Position numbers and translations under genes: made by a program | In this document: in pieces, positions 11,801 through 24,600 of the stretch | How the letters are laid out: each line of letters opens with the position of its first letter | How positions within the stretch are numbered: the stretch's first letter is position 1 | The notes under the pieces: model-generated | The model's database searches: none | What the model saw: only the letters and a program-made list of their open reading frames with translations | What the model was told of the DNA's origin: nothing | Assembly (NCBI RefSeq): GCF_001194135.2 | Contig: NC_068984.1 | Span: forward strand, 87,512,468 to 87,552,387 | Direction: 5' to 3' | Length of the DNA stretch: 39,920 nt | DNA from: Octopus bimaculoides | Taxonomy: Eukaryota

Positions 11801-14800
11801 CAGAATATTTGCTATAACAATATTTTTGCTTCAGCAACTCTGCACCGAATTTGTCTTAAATGTAATGGAGAATAGGTGAGTTTCAAAACATTGATGTCCA
11901 AATCATAAAAGCAAAGTTTGAAGGGAATAGTAGTCATTTCCTTTGATTTCCTGATAGAGGCAAATAGGAAATAACACTTAATGACCAGACATAAAAAAAA
12001 TTGTTGTTATTTTGATGGAGTGTTATTGAATGATGGAAACTGAACACCATATAAGGTGTCTTATAAAAGTTGATTTGTAGATGGAACAAAGAAATGTACA
12101 AATAGAAAGCAATTTTAGTTAACAAAGCACTAAGTGTTATTAGAGTAGTTTTTTGTTGGATATTGTAAAGCCATATACAGAAACACCAGTGTTAATTTAT
12201 TGTGGAGCATTAGGCCTAGCATAGGATTTTGGGGGAATACTAAGGGATATGAAAGTAGTTAGGATGATGCATGTGTAAGATTTGTTTATGCTGTATACTA
12301 ATTTAGATTTAAAACAAGTAGCGAGAGAATATTTAATAGGTCTAGTGTATAGAGGTAAATTGCCCTAATTAATCTTTTAGCATTAAAAGCATGCTTAACC
12401 ATATGCCCCAGTAAGATTACTAGTAACATCAAGCAGTAATTTTTTCTATTAATTAATTTATCAAATCTTATTTGTGCTGCAAACATGGTGTGTATGCCTA
12501 GATGCATGTATACACATGTATATGTGTTTGTTGGTATATATAGATGTAGCTATACCTATACAGTCTATAATTTTTATTTACATACCTGTTTCCTTTACTT
12601 ATTTATTCCTCCTATCTTCATTCAGTTCTTATTTCTGTCTACGTTTGTGCTGATATACTTTTGTGTATCTAAATAAGTATATTTGTACATATACTTTACT
12701 TTGATTAAGTGGTCCCATTGCTACTTTCTTCCAGCTGTAACATTTTTTTTTCATCTCTTATTTCCTTTTTCTATCAACTTTGTCTTCTAATTTCCTTTGT
12801 AAATTTTTTTAAAATTATTTTTCTTTACATTTTATTATTTTCTCTCACTGCTTCTTCTTTGTATTAAAATATTGGCATGTCCTGTCCTTAATCAGTTCAT
12901 CTTAGCTGTGTATTAACAGAATGTTGGACACCACAATGCTTGCAGTTATGTCCCTTTAAGTTCCGAGTTTAATACAGGTCAACTTAAGCTATCAGCCTTC
13001 TGTTTTATATAAATAAGATACTGAGCTTCAGTAACATGTGAATGGAATTATAACAGAAGACAAAGGTTGGCTCTCTTTTATAGTGTTCTTGGTGTCCTCT
13101 GGGCTGTCTCTGATGATTTTCTTTTCTTCTTTGGAGCTTTTCTTATTGACATTCCTACTCTTGACAAACACACAAACTGCATCTGGATGGAACTCATACA
13201 ATTTTTGGTGAAAGGCAGCTTGAAATTTTAATGTATTTTTTAGTCAATATTTTCCTACTTACATTATATTCTTACAAGATTAATCTTGATATTTTGACTG
13301 AGGCCTTTGTTGTTACTTCAAATTAGATACTGAATATTGTATTTAAGTTTTGCACCTGTTTTGATTATTTTGACCTAGTGTTTATTGGTATATTTACTGA
13401 TAGCTGGAAGGAACTCCCCACCTCAATTTTTGCTTTGCACACTGATCTGCATTGCTACTGATATATATCCATCTTGTCTGTTTGACCTTCATTGGTATGT
13501 TGGGGGTACCGAGACTTCAGGTTGTTGTTACTTTGGTTTCTGTAATGATACACTGATGTAAGGCATATGTTCACATTGAGTTTCTTGATTTATTTTCCCT
13601 TTCCTTTGCTTTTATTCATTGTCTCTTTTGTTACAATTGTATACTCATCTCAAGTTGCATCATCCCTTGTTTTGGCCAGTTTTATCAACAAGTAAGATAT
13701 TTGTGAACCTTTGCTTGCATCTGATACATTTTGTATTAAAGCTGTTCTGTACAGCAAGGCTGATTCAAGTTTTTGGAGTTTAGTTTTTTCATGACTATGA
13801 AATGCACTGTCTATATGTTTCAGCTAATTTTGAAAATAATCAAGAATATGGAGGGACTTAGTGAAATATCTTTATTGAGTTAGTATTTGGAACATAATTT
13901 TACTTATGAATACTTTAAAGCAAGCTTTGTGTCACAGAAAGAGAGTTGGTCTCATGTGGCTTTGCATCAAAAGATTTGACATGGATTTTAGAATTAGCTT
14001 TATTCTCCATTTAAATTTTTTTATTATGGCTTCAGGCTGAATACCATGGAGTTGTCATTGGTGCCAGAATAGCTAGTTTATCTAATAGAAAAAATTGATT
14101 TTTAAAATATAAAGTACTGTTTTAGAATCTATTAGGTTGTCACACACGAAATGTCCCATTTTTAGTTACAGTAAAAACCCATGTAATTCGCACACCTGTG
14201 TAATTTGTGTTGTTTATAATAAACTTTATTTTACATTTCTTGCCCACAAGAGATTATGTCTGATCTTTAGCATACTGTTCTATGTCTTCTCAAATCACAA
14301 TCACAGAAGTTGTTGATAATTCTTATCAACAAAAACAAAGCTGATAAATATGCACTAGTGTTGCAAAATAAGTTTAATTCCCAATAAGCATCAGCTTGGA
14401 TGACACTTTACTCAACCGACAGAGGAAGGTGACCGATCAAACTGATTATGGAAACAGAATTCTGATTGGTTGAAAGTGTCTTCTTGTCTCAAGCTCTGAT
14501 TTTTTGCTTATTCTTGTTGGAATCTTTGATACAGAATATCGAAATTTGAATCCCTTTCACACTTATAAAATGTCAAGCAAACTTTAAAATTTGTCATTAC
14601 CGTTTTAGCCAGGAGACCAAACTGATTGTTTGGTAACCCGCTAAAATAAAATTTAAAATTGAAAGGAGAAAATAAACAGCTTTGTAAGTTTAACTCAGTG
14701 TTTATTGAACAAGAGAGGTGCAAAACTTAAGAAGCAACTTGTTAGAATATACACATCTGTGAGGAGACATAAACAAGAATAGCAAAAATCTACTATACCA

Positions 14801-17800
14801 AAAGAACTGGTAATACATACATTACAAGTGTTCTATGAAGAGAACATAAGATTGCTGCATAATTCAACATGAATGTGAAACAACATTAAACATCATATAA
14901 GGTAAATGAAGGTTTCTGTAGGAACGCTAAGTCATATTCACTTAGTTTACATGCGCAAGGATGAACTATGATGTAATCGGCATTAGGTGCAGTAAGAGCT
15001 GGTAGCTGCAATGTGGCTGGTGATGAATTTCATTGTCCTAACATGGAGAAAGTGAGCAATAACTTCGTGGAGGCAAACGCAAACTAAACTTCTTAGGTGA
15101 AGAAAAACTGATCTATTTAAAGAAATTGCTGGGCTTCATTGTGATAGGTAGAAACTCTAAGCTATGTAAAATATGACCCAGACCGTGATTACCAACATGA
15201 ATGTCAAACTTCAAAAAGTAGTTAACCATTTAATGGTTTTAGTAAATTTATACAGAAAAAGTAAGCATTATATAATCCAGCATAAATAAAGTAAACTTCA
15301 TTATATTTTTTCTGTAAAAACCTATTCTGACATTAAATGAGTCAACTTCCCTTACAAATGTTTACATTTGTATGTCATTTTTCAACAAAAAAATTATTTC
15401 TAAAAAAATTCAGGAAACAATCAACTCATGTAATTTATGCACCCACTGAAGTTTATTTTGTTTTTGCGAAAAAAAGTTACGTAAATTATATGGGTTTTTA
15501 TGGTACTCGTTATTTCAGTCATTTAAAAACTCAATTATGTACACCCTTGCATTTAACCTTAACTCTTTTTCTTTCTAAACAATATTGGTACCCACAGACC
15601 TTATGAAAATGATAACCAAACAATGTTGAGTGATTTTCTTGTATGAGTACAGACTGGGTCACTCTGCTGCAGAAGCTCTATGGAATATCAAGCAGGCCTA
15701 TGGTAATGTTTTTGTTGACATCAGAACTGTTTAGAGATGGTTCCAAAGATCTCGTTTAAGGAGATGATAGTCTTCAAAGTGAACCAAGGGGGAGGCCAAA
15801 ATCAGTTACTCAGCATGATGAATTAAATGCTTTGGTTGAATAAAATCTGAAAATGGTCCAAAAACTTTCATCAGAACTCTAAACATCTTGCACAACTGTT
15901 TCTCAACACCTGAAAAAAAAAATGTAAAAGTCAAGAAAGTGGATAGGTTTGTTCCACATCAACTAAACGAGATTTAAAAAAACAGGCACCTCAAAGTGTG
16001 CTCCTTATTGCTTTCTCGACTGGAAAAAGAACCATTTTTGCATTGAATCATTACATGTGATGAGAAATGGACACTCTTTCACAACAGCAGGGGGAATAGA
16101 ACAGTGATTAGATGCAAGAGAGTCACCTAAACACTACCCAAAACCACCATTGCATTCTAAAAAGTTAGTGGTCACTGTATGGTGGTCTGCAAATTATTCA
16201 TCATTCATCATTCATTTTTGCAACTAGGAAAAATGGTAACAGTAACATCATATTGCCAGGTAATTGATTGTATGCATGAGAATTTGAAAAAGAAGCAACC
16301 CAGACTAGTGAATAGAGATGGCCCAATTTTGCTCCCCGACAATGCATATCTTCACACTTCCCAAGTTATGGTCCAAAAGTTGCAAAGCCTGAATTATAAG
16401 ATTTTGCAACATCCTCCCTATTCCTCTGATATCTCTCCTACTGATTATCACTTATTTAAGAATTCTGAGCTTTTCATATGAGCTTAAATAGGGAAGAGAT
16501 AACTGAAGCATTTGGACAGTTTATCACAGCAAAAGATGAAATTTTTTTAAAAGATGGAATATCTGACTTTGAGAAACGGTGGATAAAGGTCATAAATGAA
16601 CATGGATCATACTTTGATGAAATAAATCAGTTCTCTAATACTTCTGAAACATTTTATTGTTACATTTCAAATACGACATTTCATGTATGACAACCTAATA
16701 GTTGGTTCATGCAAAGCAAATAATGAAATATTTTATCATGAAATGTTTTGAGTGTTTGTTCTTGAATATGTTTTAGTGTTATAAACTTAATTTCATATTT
16801 TTGTATTTTCTTTCAGATGATGGATTATTTCTGTGCATTCTCTTTAATTCTTTTCAACTTGTTTCTCTTCTTCTGTCGGTAAGTACCAATTTGTTTGTAT
16901 TTGTAATCTCATGGTTGGTGAATGGTCAGCTTGCACTGGATATTCTTTGTTATTTTATTCAGAAGTTTGTATCTGAATAAAATATATTACTATATGAAAC
17001 AGTTGCAACTAAGAACAGAAACAGTTATGGAGAAGTCTACTAAAAGAAAAAAAAAAGCAACCCAGAAATTTATATAGTTCAGAATATTTTATTGCATTTA
17101 CTTAAATAAATCAAGTAGAAAGTCATGTCAAATGAGACATCATAGAGACAAAAACTTTTAAGCAATTTATTATAGTTTACCATTATCACTCTCAGTTGAC
17201 TGACTAAATGCATTTTATTATCCAGTTTATTGATCTACTGTTGTCTGGGTTTCAGTCAATTGGTTATATATTTTCTATAAAATTATTGATCACTTCAAGT
17301 AGAGGAATAAAAGGAAAGCATCTTGTTAGATAAGGAAATCTGCCTTTTAAGACCTGTGATTAACCTTTATAAGATTATAGACCAGTCTATGTGTCCATGA
17401 TTTTTTGTCAGAAAGAAGATCTGTCTTCAAGAATATATACCATATTTATTGAAGTATGATGTAATCTTCAATATAATTCTGCCTCCACATTTTCTTTTTC
17501 AAAGTCACTAATTTTATTCTTTCAACTTTTTCTGTACTTGGGTATAATACTAACTTGCCAATTTTGACCTAAGTGTTTTGTTACATACATAAATAAATAT
17601 AATGTGTTAGTTTCATTTATTCATTGTAATGTCCATTTTTCCATGCTAGCATGGGTTAGATAGGACTATTTTGATGTGGTATTTTACAGCTGAGAGCTCT
17701 TCTTCTTATTAGCTGTTACCTGTTTTTCAAGTAAAGGATTTTTTATCCCACTGATCTTCGAAAGTGTGATATTATATGGGCCTTGAATACAGCAGATTTT

Positions 17801-18618
17801 TGAAAACTAAAAAGAAAGTGAACATACTTTGCTGGATAAATGATGGCATACAGATGACCTGAAAAAAAAGCTGTGAATAAGACGAAGTGGATTTAAATGG
17901 CAAGAGAAAAGATGATGTTGTTATGGGTATGCTGTATGTATGAATGTTGACAGCTGCATAAAAAGGGACTGAGCACTCCGAGCGGATGGTGCCTATTGAA
18001 GGGGAAGACCAAGAGAGACATGGGATGAACAGATGAAAAACAATTTCAAGATGCTGAACTTCACAAAAAGAGATGACAAGGAACTGTGACAGTTATCAAC
18101 ATGCTGTGCTGGAGAAAACTTGCACTCTCAGGAAACATTGCAGAGAGAACACTAGAATCATTAGTACTGAAGGCTGGGATGCTCTTGTTGCATTTATTGT
18201 CTGTTCTCTCACTCCCTTCCTGTATCATACGCTCCTGCCTCTTGCTGTCCTCTCTTCACAGCCTCACCTTCTCTTATCTCCCTTCCTCTGGTCCACAACA
18301 CCCCCACCTTTCTTACTCCCACTGAACATTTTCTTTCTCTCTTTCATGCACTCCTCTTGCCCATACTCTTTCTCACTCAACCCTGACATTATTTTGTTCT
18401 CCCTCCCCTGCTCCTTTTTGACCCTCAACACTATCTCTTCCGTCACTCTCTTCACTATTAACAATTTTCTTAATTGTGTTGACTCTCTTCTTCACTGACT
18501 GATAAGAAAGCTTTCCACTTAGTTTGGAGAGCAGAACTGGTCCTAAAGAAGTAAAACTCAATGTTTTCATACATCAGATAGCAAAGAACTTGCCTTAGCT
18601 TAGTTAAAAGTAAGTGAT

Positions 18619-18659
<41 letters not shown>

Positions 18660-21600
18660 AACGAATTTCTGAAAAGGAAGCACAATGAAATCAAGGACAT
18701 ATATATTTGCAAAGGCAATACTGCATCAAAAGAGTGAGTTCTAGAAAAATTTATGCATGAAAAGAGCAGATTCTAAATTGCAGAGAAAAGACTTAGGAAA
18801 AAAAAAAAAGAAACAAACAAACTTTCACAATGAAAGAAATGAAAGTTACAATTGAGCAGTTCAGCAGCCTTAAAAAGCAATACAATATTGATACGGTTAC
18901 ACAAACAGTGGTGCGGTGAAACAAATGATGTGCTTTTCTTTTCTGATAAACTTTCACAAAACAACAAACCTGTTTAGAAAGGAATTTAGATTCTGTGTGT
19001 CTTTACATATATCTATGCCATTAAACCAATAAACATCGTCATCTTCCTGGAGCATCAGTAAGAAATAATACAGCTAATCCTGACAACTCTATTCTCTGCA
19101 CAGTTCCATTCTTACTTACAAGTAACTTACTTTTAAGTAGGTTAATTAGTCTATGCATGGTTACTTGTCCTGCTAGAAATAATAAACATTTCTCCTCCAA
19201 AACACTCCTTACTGGAAGGATATACACAAAATAGTCCTCAAAATATTGTTTGAATTAAAAGAGCGATGGTCATGGTTGGACGATCTTTAATTTAGGTTTA
19301 CTGGATTGTGGGGTGACCTGATGTTAAGCGGCATCAATTCCAACATTCAAACATTAGGTTTGTCACTCTGATGAACTTTAACCAAAGTTATACTTGTTGC
19401 TAGTAACATCAACAATCCTTTCAACATACTTGGCATGAGAACCTACAAATAAAATTACCTACCCACTCTTCAATCATCTATTATTGAGATTATAATTTTC
19501 TTGTCATACATTAATCTGTTTACTGCCACATCTAGGAATCATTCTTCACTCATTGATAATCTTTCCATAGTCATCCACATGAACAATCACATACTTTATG
19601 CTAGACACTACTTATTTAAATATCATTTGTGTTGTTTAAAGAGACTAGATTATTCTGCTCTTCTTGGAGGTGGTACGAGTTTAGTGTAAAGTGTATATGT
19701 TGTAAGTGCATGGAAGGTTCAGGAGGAATGAAAAGTGATGTCATTGCATGGGTTGATAACTGTGGCATCAAGTAGAGAGAGAGAGAGAGAGAGAGAGTGA
19801 GGAGTGTATAGGTGACTAAGCTATGGCCAGAATATCCATGGAAAAGCTTAACATTTGGACCAGCAAAAGTGTCCTAAATTAAAACAAGGCTAGAGCAAAC
19901 ACCCATTTGGCCAATAGGCATTTATGGTTGTGAAGCATGCCCTTTTAACAAATCTGAAGAGAACATAATCGATGTGTGTGAATTGTTGGTGTAGAGGAGA
20001 TGTTACGAGTCTCTTACAAGGATCATTGGACAAATGAATGGCTGTAACAACAAATGGGTGAAAGACAGCAACTCCTGAACATTAAGAAAAAATAAAACTC
20101 GTCTATTATGGTCATATTCAAAGAAGCAGAGGTTTGGAAAACATCATGGAGGAGTAGAGAGCAGTAAATCAAGAGGCAGGCAAAGAATGTAATGGATGGA
20201 CAATATCAAAAACTGGTTGGACAAGGATGGCAAGGCAACTGGAGAACTTGCGCTTAATTGGGAAGACTTTTGTTGTAGCGTCATCAATGTGCTGCAAGCG
20301 TATGATGCATGACAATGTTTTGATCAGAGTAATGATACTAATTGTTGTAAGAGATTTCAGGATTGTAAAAGATTTGACTTCTGCACCTTAGCAGCATTGT
20401 GGCAAGAGTTTGGATTGAAGTCGCCAAGAATGATGACTTTGGAGAGAGGTGAAGAGAGGTAGATAGCCTTGATGTAGGATGAGAGATAGTTGAACATACA
20501 CAATTATCCTAGATCTCATCCCAAAGAAATCCATCTGAATGACTGGTACACACACCAACTAAATACAATCGCACTGTTTCCTCATTCTGTTACAACTTAT
20601 AAGGGCATCTGCTCTTCTGAAGTAACTAATTGGGTACCACATCTCCTCATATTGACCTTTACTTTTATTTTACTTCACAATTATTAAGTCTTTAATCTTA
20701 CTATAATGGGCGTTATGTCCATGTCTATCTGTTCCCTTTTCATGGTCAAACAGTTGGACCAATGATCACAATGTTTTTGGGATTACGAAGAAGGTAATCA
20801 GGAAGGTATTTTTTACGAAAAAAATGTGAAAAAGTATGATCTGGGTTACACAAGGTGTGTGGGTTCAGTGCCATGGGCAGCTTTCCATCTTTTTTTATTC
20901 AAGGGGCTTCTAACCTAACGTAATACTAGCATTTAGAATTATATTACAAGTAAATTTGTGTGAAAAATCATAAGTATACACCTATTTTTGTAAAAAAAAA
21001 AAATGTTTATAATATAGAAATTTTGGAAAGGTTTTTCTCAAAAATAAATATTTTTTTTAATTTCAGGGTTGTTGGAACTCAGCACTATATAGTCTTATCA
21101 GCACTATTCATTGGACTGTTATCATTTTGTGTACGCCACTTTTATTATATGGCATATGTGAAATTTGATTATACCTACAATGTGTATATTTGTTCTTGTA
21201 TTGGTGAGTTGTTTTTGTTACTGTTTTTATTCCCTTAGGATCCATAAATTCTTTAGCTCACTGTAAGTTTAGATAAATTTGAGATTAATGGAAATATTAG
21301 TATTTGAGGTTTATGAAATTTCATGTTCCCTCTCTTGGAGTTCTTTCATTTTTATGAAGTGATTTTGTTTGGATCCTCCCAGGGTTAAATTTACTATCAT
21401 TCTCTCCCCCCATCCTGTGACTCTTAGTTGATATTTACCACTCTTAATAATACCCATTGCTAAGGTGGAGAGTTGGCAAAATCATTAGCATGCTGGGTAA
21501 ACTGCTTAGCAGCATTTTGTCTGTCTATGTTCTGTGTTCAAAATGCACTGAGATTGACTTTACCTTTTATCCTTTCGGGGTTGATGAAATAAGTGCCAAT

Positions 21601-24600
21601 TAAGCACTAGGGTCGATTTAATTGACTTACTCCTTCTTCTGAAATGCTGGCCTTGTTCCAGAATTTGAAACCAATGTTATCCATCTCTGTTTTTATCCAT
21701 CACATGTTTTCTCTTACTGCAACACATGTTTATTACCATCTCGTCATGTATGTGGCTTATCATGTTTTTTATTCAACCTCCTACAACCAACATGTAACTG
21801 TCACTGTCTCTTCCATTACCCTCCCCCATCCTTTCTAAAATCTGTTTTCTCCACCACACTCATACTCATACACTCTTCTTTTTCGCACTCCAGGTCAATT
21901 CTCCCTCCCTCTTTACACTGTTGCTCTTATTTGCCTTTAAAAGAATAGAGATTAAGAGTAGTGAGTACTTGGAGGAAATGAGGCAACCTCTCTAGGGTTA
22001 ATAAAATGATAAAATGCAGCCTATACACTAAAATGACAGGCCATCAAATAGAGACAACGTACAGTAGAGAGAACTCATTTGTATGTGTCAAGGACATGGT
22101 AGCCTCTCTAGCACTGGCGTCACAATAGAACATATTGGGTATGTTCATTCTAAAAAGTGGCTTGTGTTAAGAAAGCATCCAGCTATTGAAACCATGTTAA
22201 TACTGGAACTTAAGAGTGGGACATTGTTCTCCAGCCTATGTAGGAGGACAATAACTCCAAATATGATCTCAGTCAGGCCATGGCAATGTGTTCAAACCAT
22301 GCTAGCATGGAAAATGAACATGATAAGGATGATGAACTTTATNNNNNNNNNNTTTTTTTTTTTTTTGTTAATTTTTTTGTTTTTATTATAGGGTTCCTTC
22401 AGTCTATGTTCTGGGGTGTTTGGTGCTATATTAAAAGAAGAGAACAATACTATGTCTGGAAATGTGTAGTTGTGTTGTGTTTAACTAATGTGCTTTTGTG
22501 TCTTGAGCTCGGCGATTTCCCTCCACTACTGTGGATCGTAGATGCTCATGCTTTATGGCACTTAGGAACAGTCCCACTTGCTATACTTTGGTACAGGTAA
22601 GTCAACATTTCTCATATAGATTATTTTAGTCAGTAGTACTTTCTCAACTTCCAGCAAATTTTTCTGATATAAAGCTATTAATTCCGACAAGGCATTGTAG
22701 TCATCCGTAGACTTAATTGCTTGTTTCATGCTCTTGCTTGATGGGGCTCAGTTTATCCCAGGTTAGTGGTCCCAGAGATTTCATTATGCTTAGAGCCAAC
22801 CCATCCACCAGTGTTCTCCATTGCTGGCAGTCCCATGCCAGCTCCCCTGCATCTTCCTAGGTGACATCAAGCATCTGGGGATCTTCCCAGCCATTTGGTG
22901 CTGGGCCTGCCACAAGGCCTCTACCAGCCTGCAGCCATTGCGTCAAATGAGAGTAAAGCTCTGGTAGGAGGATCTAGCTGGAGACAGAGGACATGTCTAT
23001 ACCAGTGCAGTTCTTTGTTGGAAATGGGATCTATAGACTTGCTGCACATAAAACATTAATACATGTTTTTTGTCTATATGCCATTCTATGAAGCTGCAAT
23101 GTCTAATACCATCCATATTTACCATCAGGACTTTATAATTTATGTAACAAAGCAACATTGCTTAGCATAACTCTTGTAGTTAACTACAGTACTCGTAAGT
23201 TTAAGTGAGTATATGTCACGTTAAAGTGAGATTAGTGATTTCAAAGTGAGGACTTCTCACTTCATAGTGAGATATATTACTTCAGAATTAGTCCATGTCA
23301 CTCTGACAAAACTTAAAACTTACTTAATTTAATAAACTAAAAATGCATAGTGTATTTACACATAGAAATGACTGGGAAAGCTGTTACGATATTATAAGCA
23401 AAACAAAAGAAGAAACCTGCTCTTTTCAGTCACTCTCTCATCATACAGTAATTTTCACTGTATATGCATGAATAGATATTTACAAAGTCTCAGTAAGTAG
23501 CAAGGTAGACAAATCACAAATCCCTTCAGGTAGATGGTCCTGCTTGATCTGTAGAAAAGGCATTGGTAGAAACTCCATAAGATGCATCCGCTGTAAGCTT
23601 TGGACACATAAAAGGTGCAGCACTATCAGAGGAAGGTTAACAGGGGAACTAGCTTTTGTATGTGGAAGATGCACAGGTACAATAAACACTGAAAATGTGC
23701 AGAAAATAGACTCCATTAACTGCCAGCAGGGCAAGCTAGAGGTAGTGGATAACTTCCATTATCTAGGTGGTCAAGTTAGTTGTGGAGGTGGATGCTCCGA
23801 GAGCGTAGCTGTGAGAATAAGATTAGGCTGAGCAAAGTTCAGAGAGCTCCTACCTCTGCTGGTAACAACAGGTCTATCTCTGAGTGAAAGGTAGATTGTA
23901 TGATGCCTGTGTGTGAACAGCCATGCTACATGGCAGTAAAACATGGGCTGTGACAGCTGAAGACCTGTGTAGGCTTGAAAGAAATGAAGCCAGTATGTTT
24001 TGCAGGATGTGCAATGTCAGTGTGCATGTTCGACAAAGTGTAAGCATCTTGAGAGAAAAGTTGGGCATAAGAGGCATCAGATGTAGTGTGCAAGAGAGGA
24101 CTGCGCTGGTGTGGAGATGTGATGCATATGGATGAGGACAGTTGTGTAAATAAGTGCTGATCTCTAACTGTGGAGATCTTTGAACTTTGAGTTTCACAGA
24201 GGCAATGACTAGTGACCGAGACCTTTGGTGATATGCTGTGCTTGAGAAGACCTGTCAAGCTAAGTGAAATTGTAGTCATGACCGATGTTGGTGTCACATA
24301 ACTGGTACCCATGCCAGTAGTACATAAAGAGCACTGTTCAAGCATTGGGCCTCATGGCAGCAAAGTGGCTGTGTTCTTTCAAGTGTTGGGCCTCATGGAG
24401 GCAAAGTGGTGAGTTCCTTTTGAGCGTTGGGCCTCACAGAAGAAAAGTGGCCAAGTTCCTTTTGAGCATTGGGCCTCTTCGAATGTTAAGCTTCACAGAG
24501 GCAACGACTGAGACCTTTGGCATTATGTTGTGCTTGAGAAGAAGACCCATCAAGCCAAGCAAAATCACAGTCACGGCAGATACCAGTATCATGCAAATGG

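Larger units (their letters stand above)
14132..16698 (+). mobile_element. Mariner (DD34D) transposon carrying a nested insertion
   Basis: Left TIR TTAGGTTGTCACACACGAAATGTC; right TIR (reverse complement) TTAGGTTGTCATACATGAAATGTC; TA at 14130-14131 and 16699-16700; about 1230 bp once the insert is removed. Confidence 0.9.

Noticed and set aside
18073-18570. 141-aa hydrophobic ORF and overlapping minus-strand ORFs
   Set aside because: Begins in an RTE remnant and continues through CT-rich low-complexity DNA; no splice or homology support.
24345-24480. Spaced TTGGGCCTC repeats resembling a CRISPR array
   Set aside because: Eukaryotic LINE 3' UTR; the spacers are related to each other and there are no cas genes.
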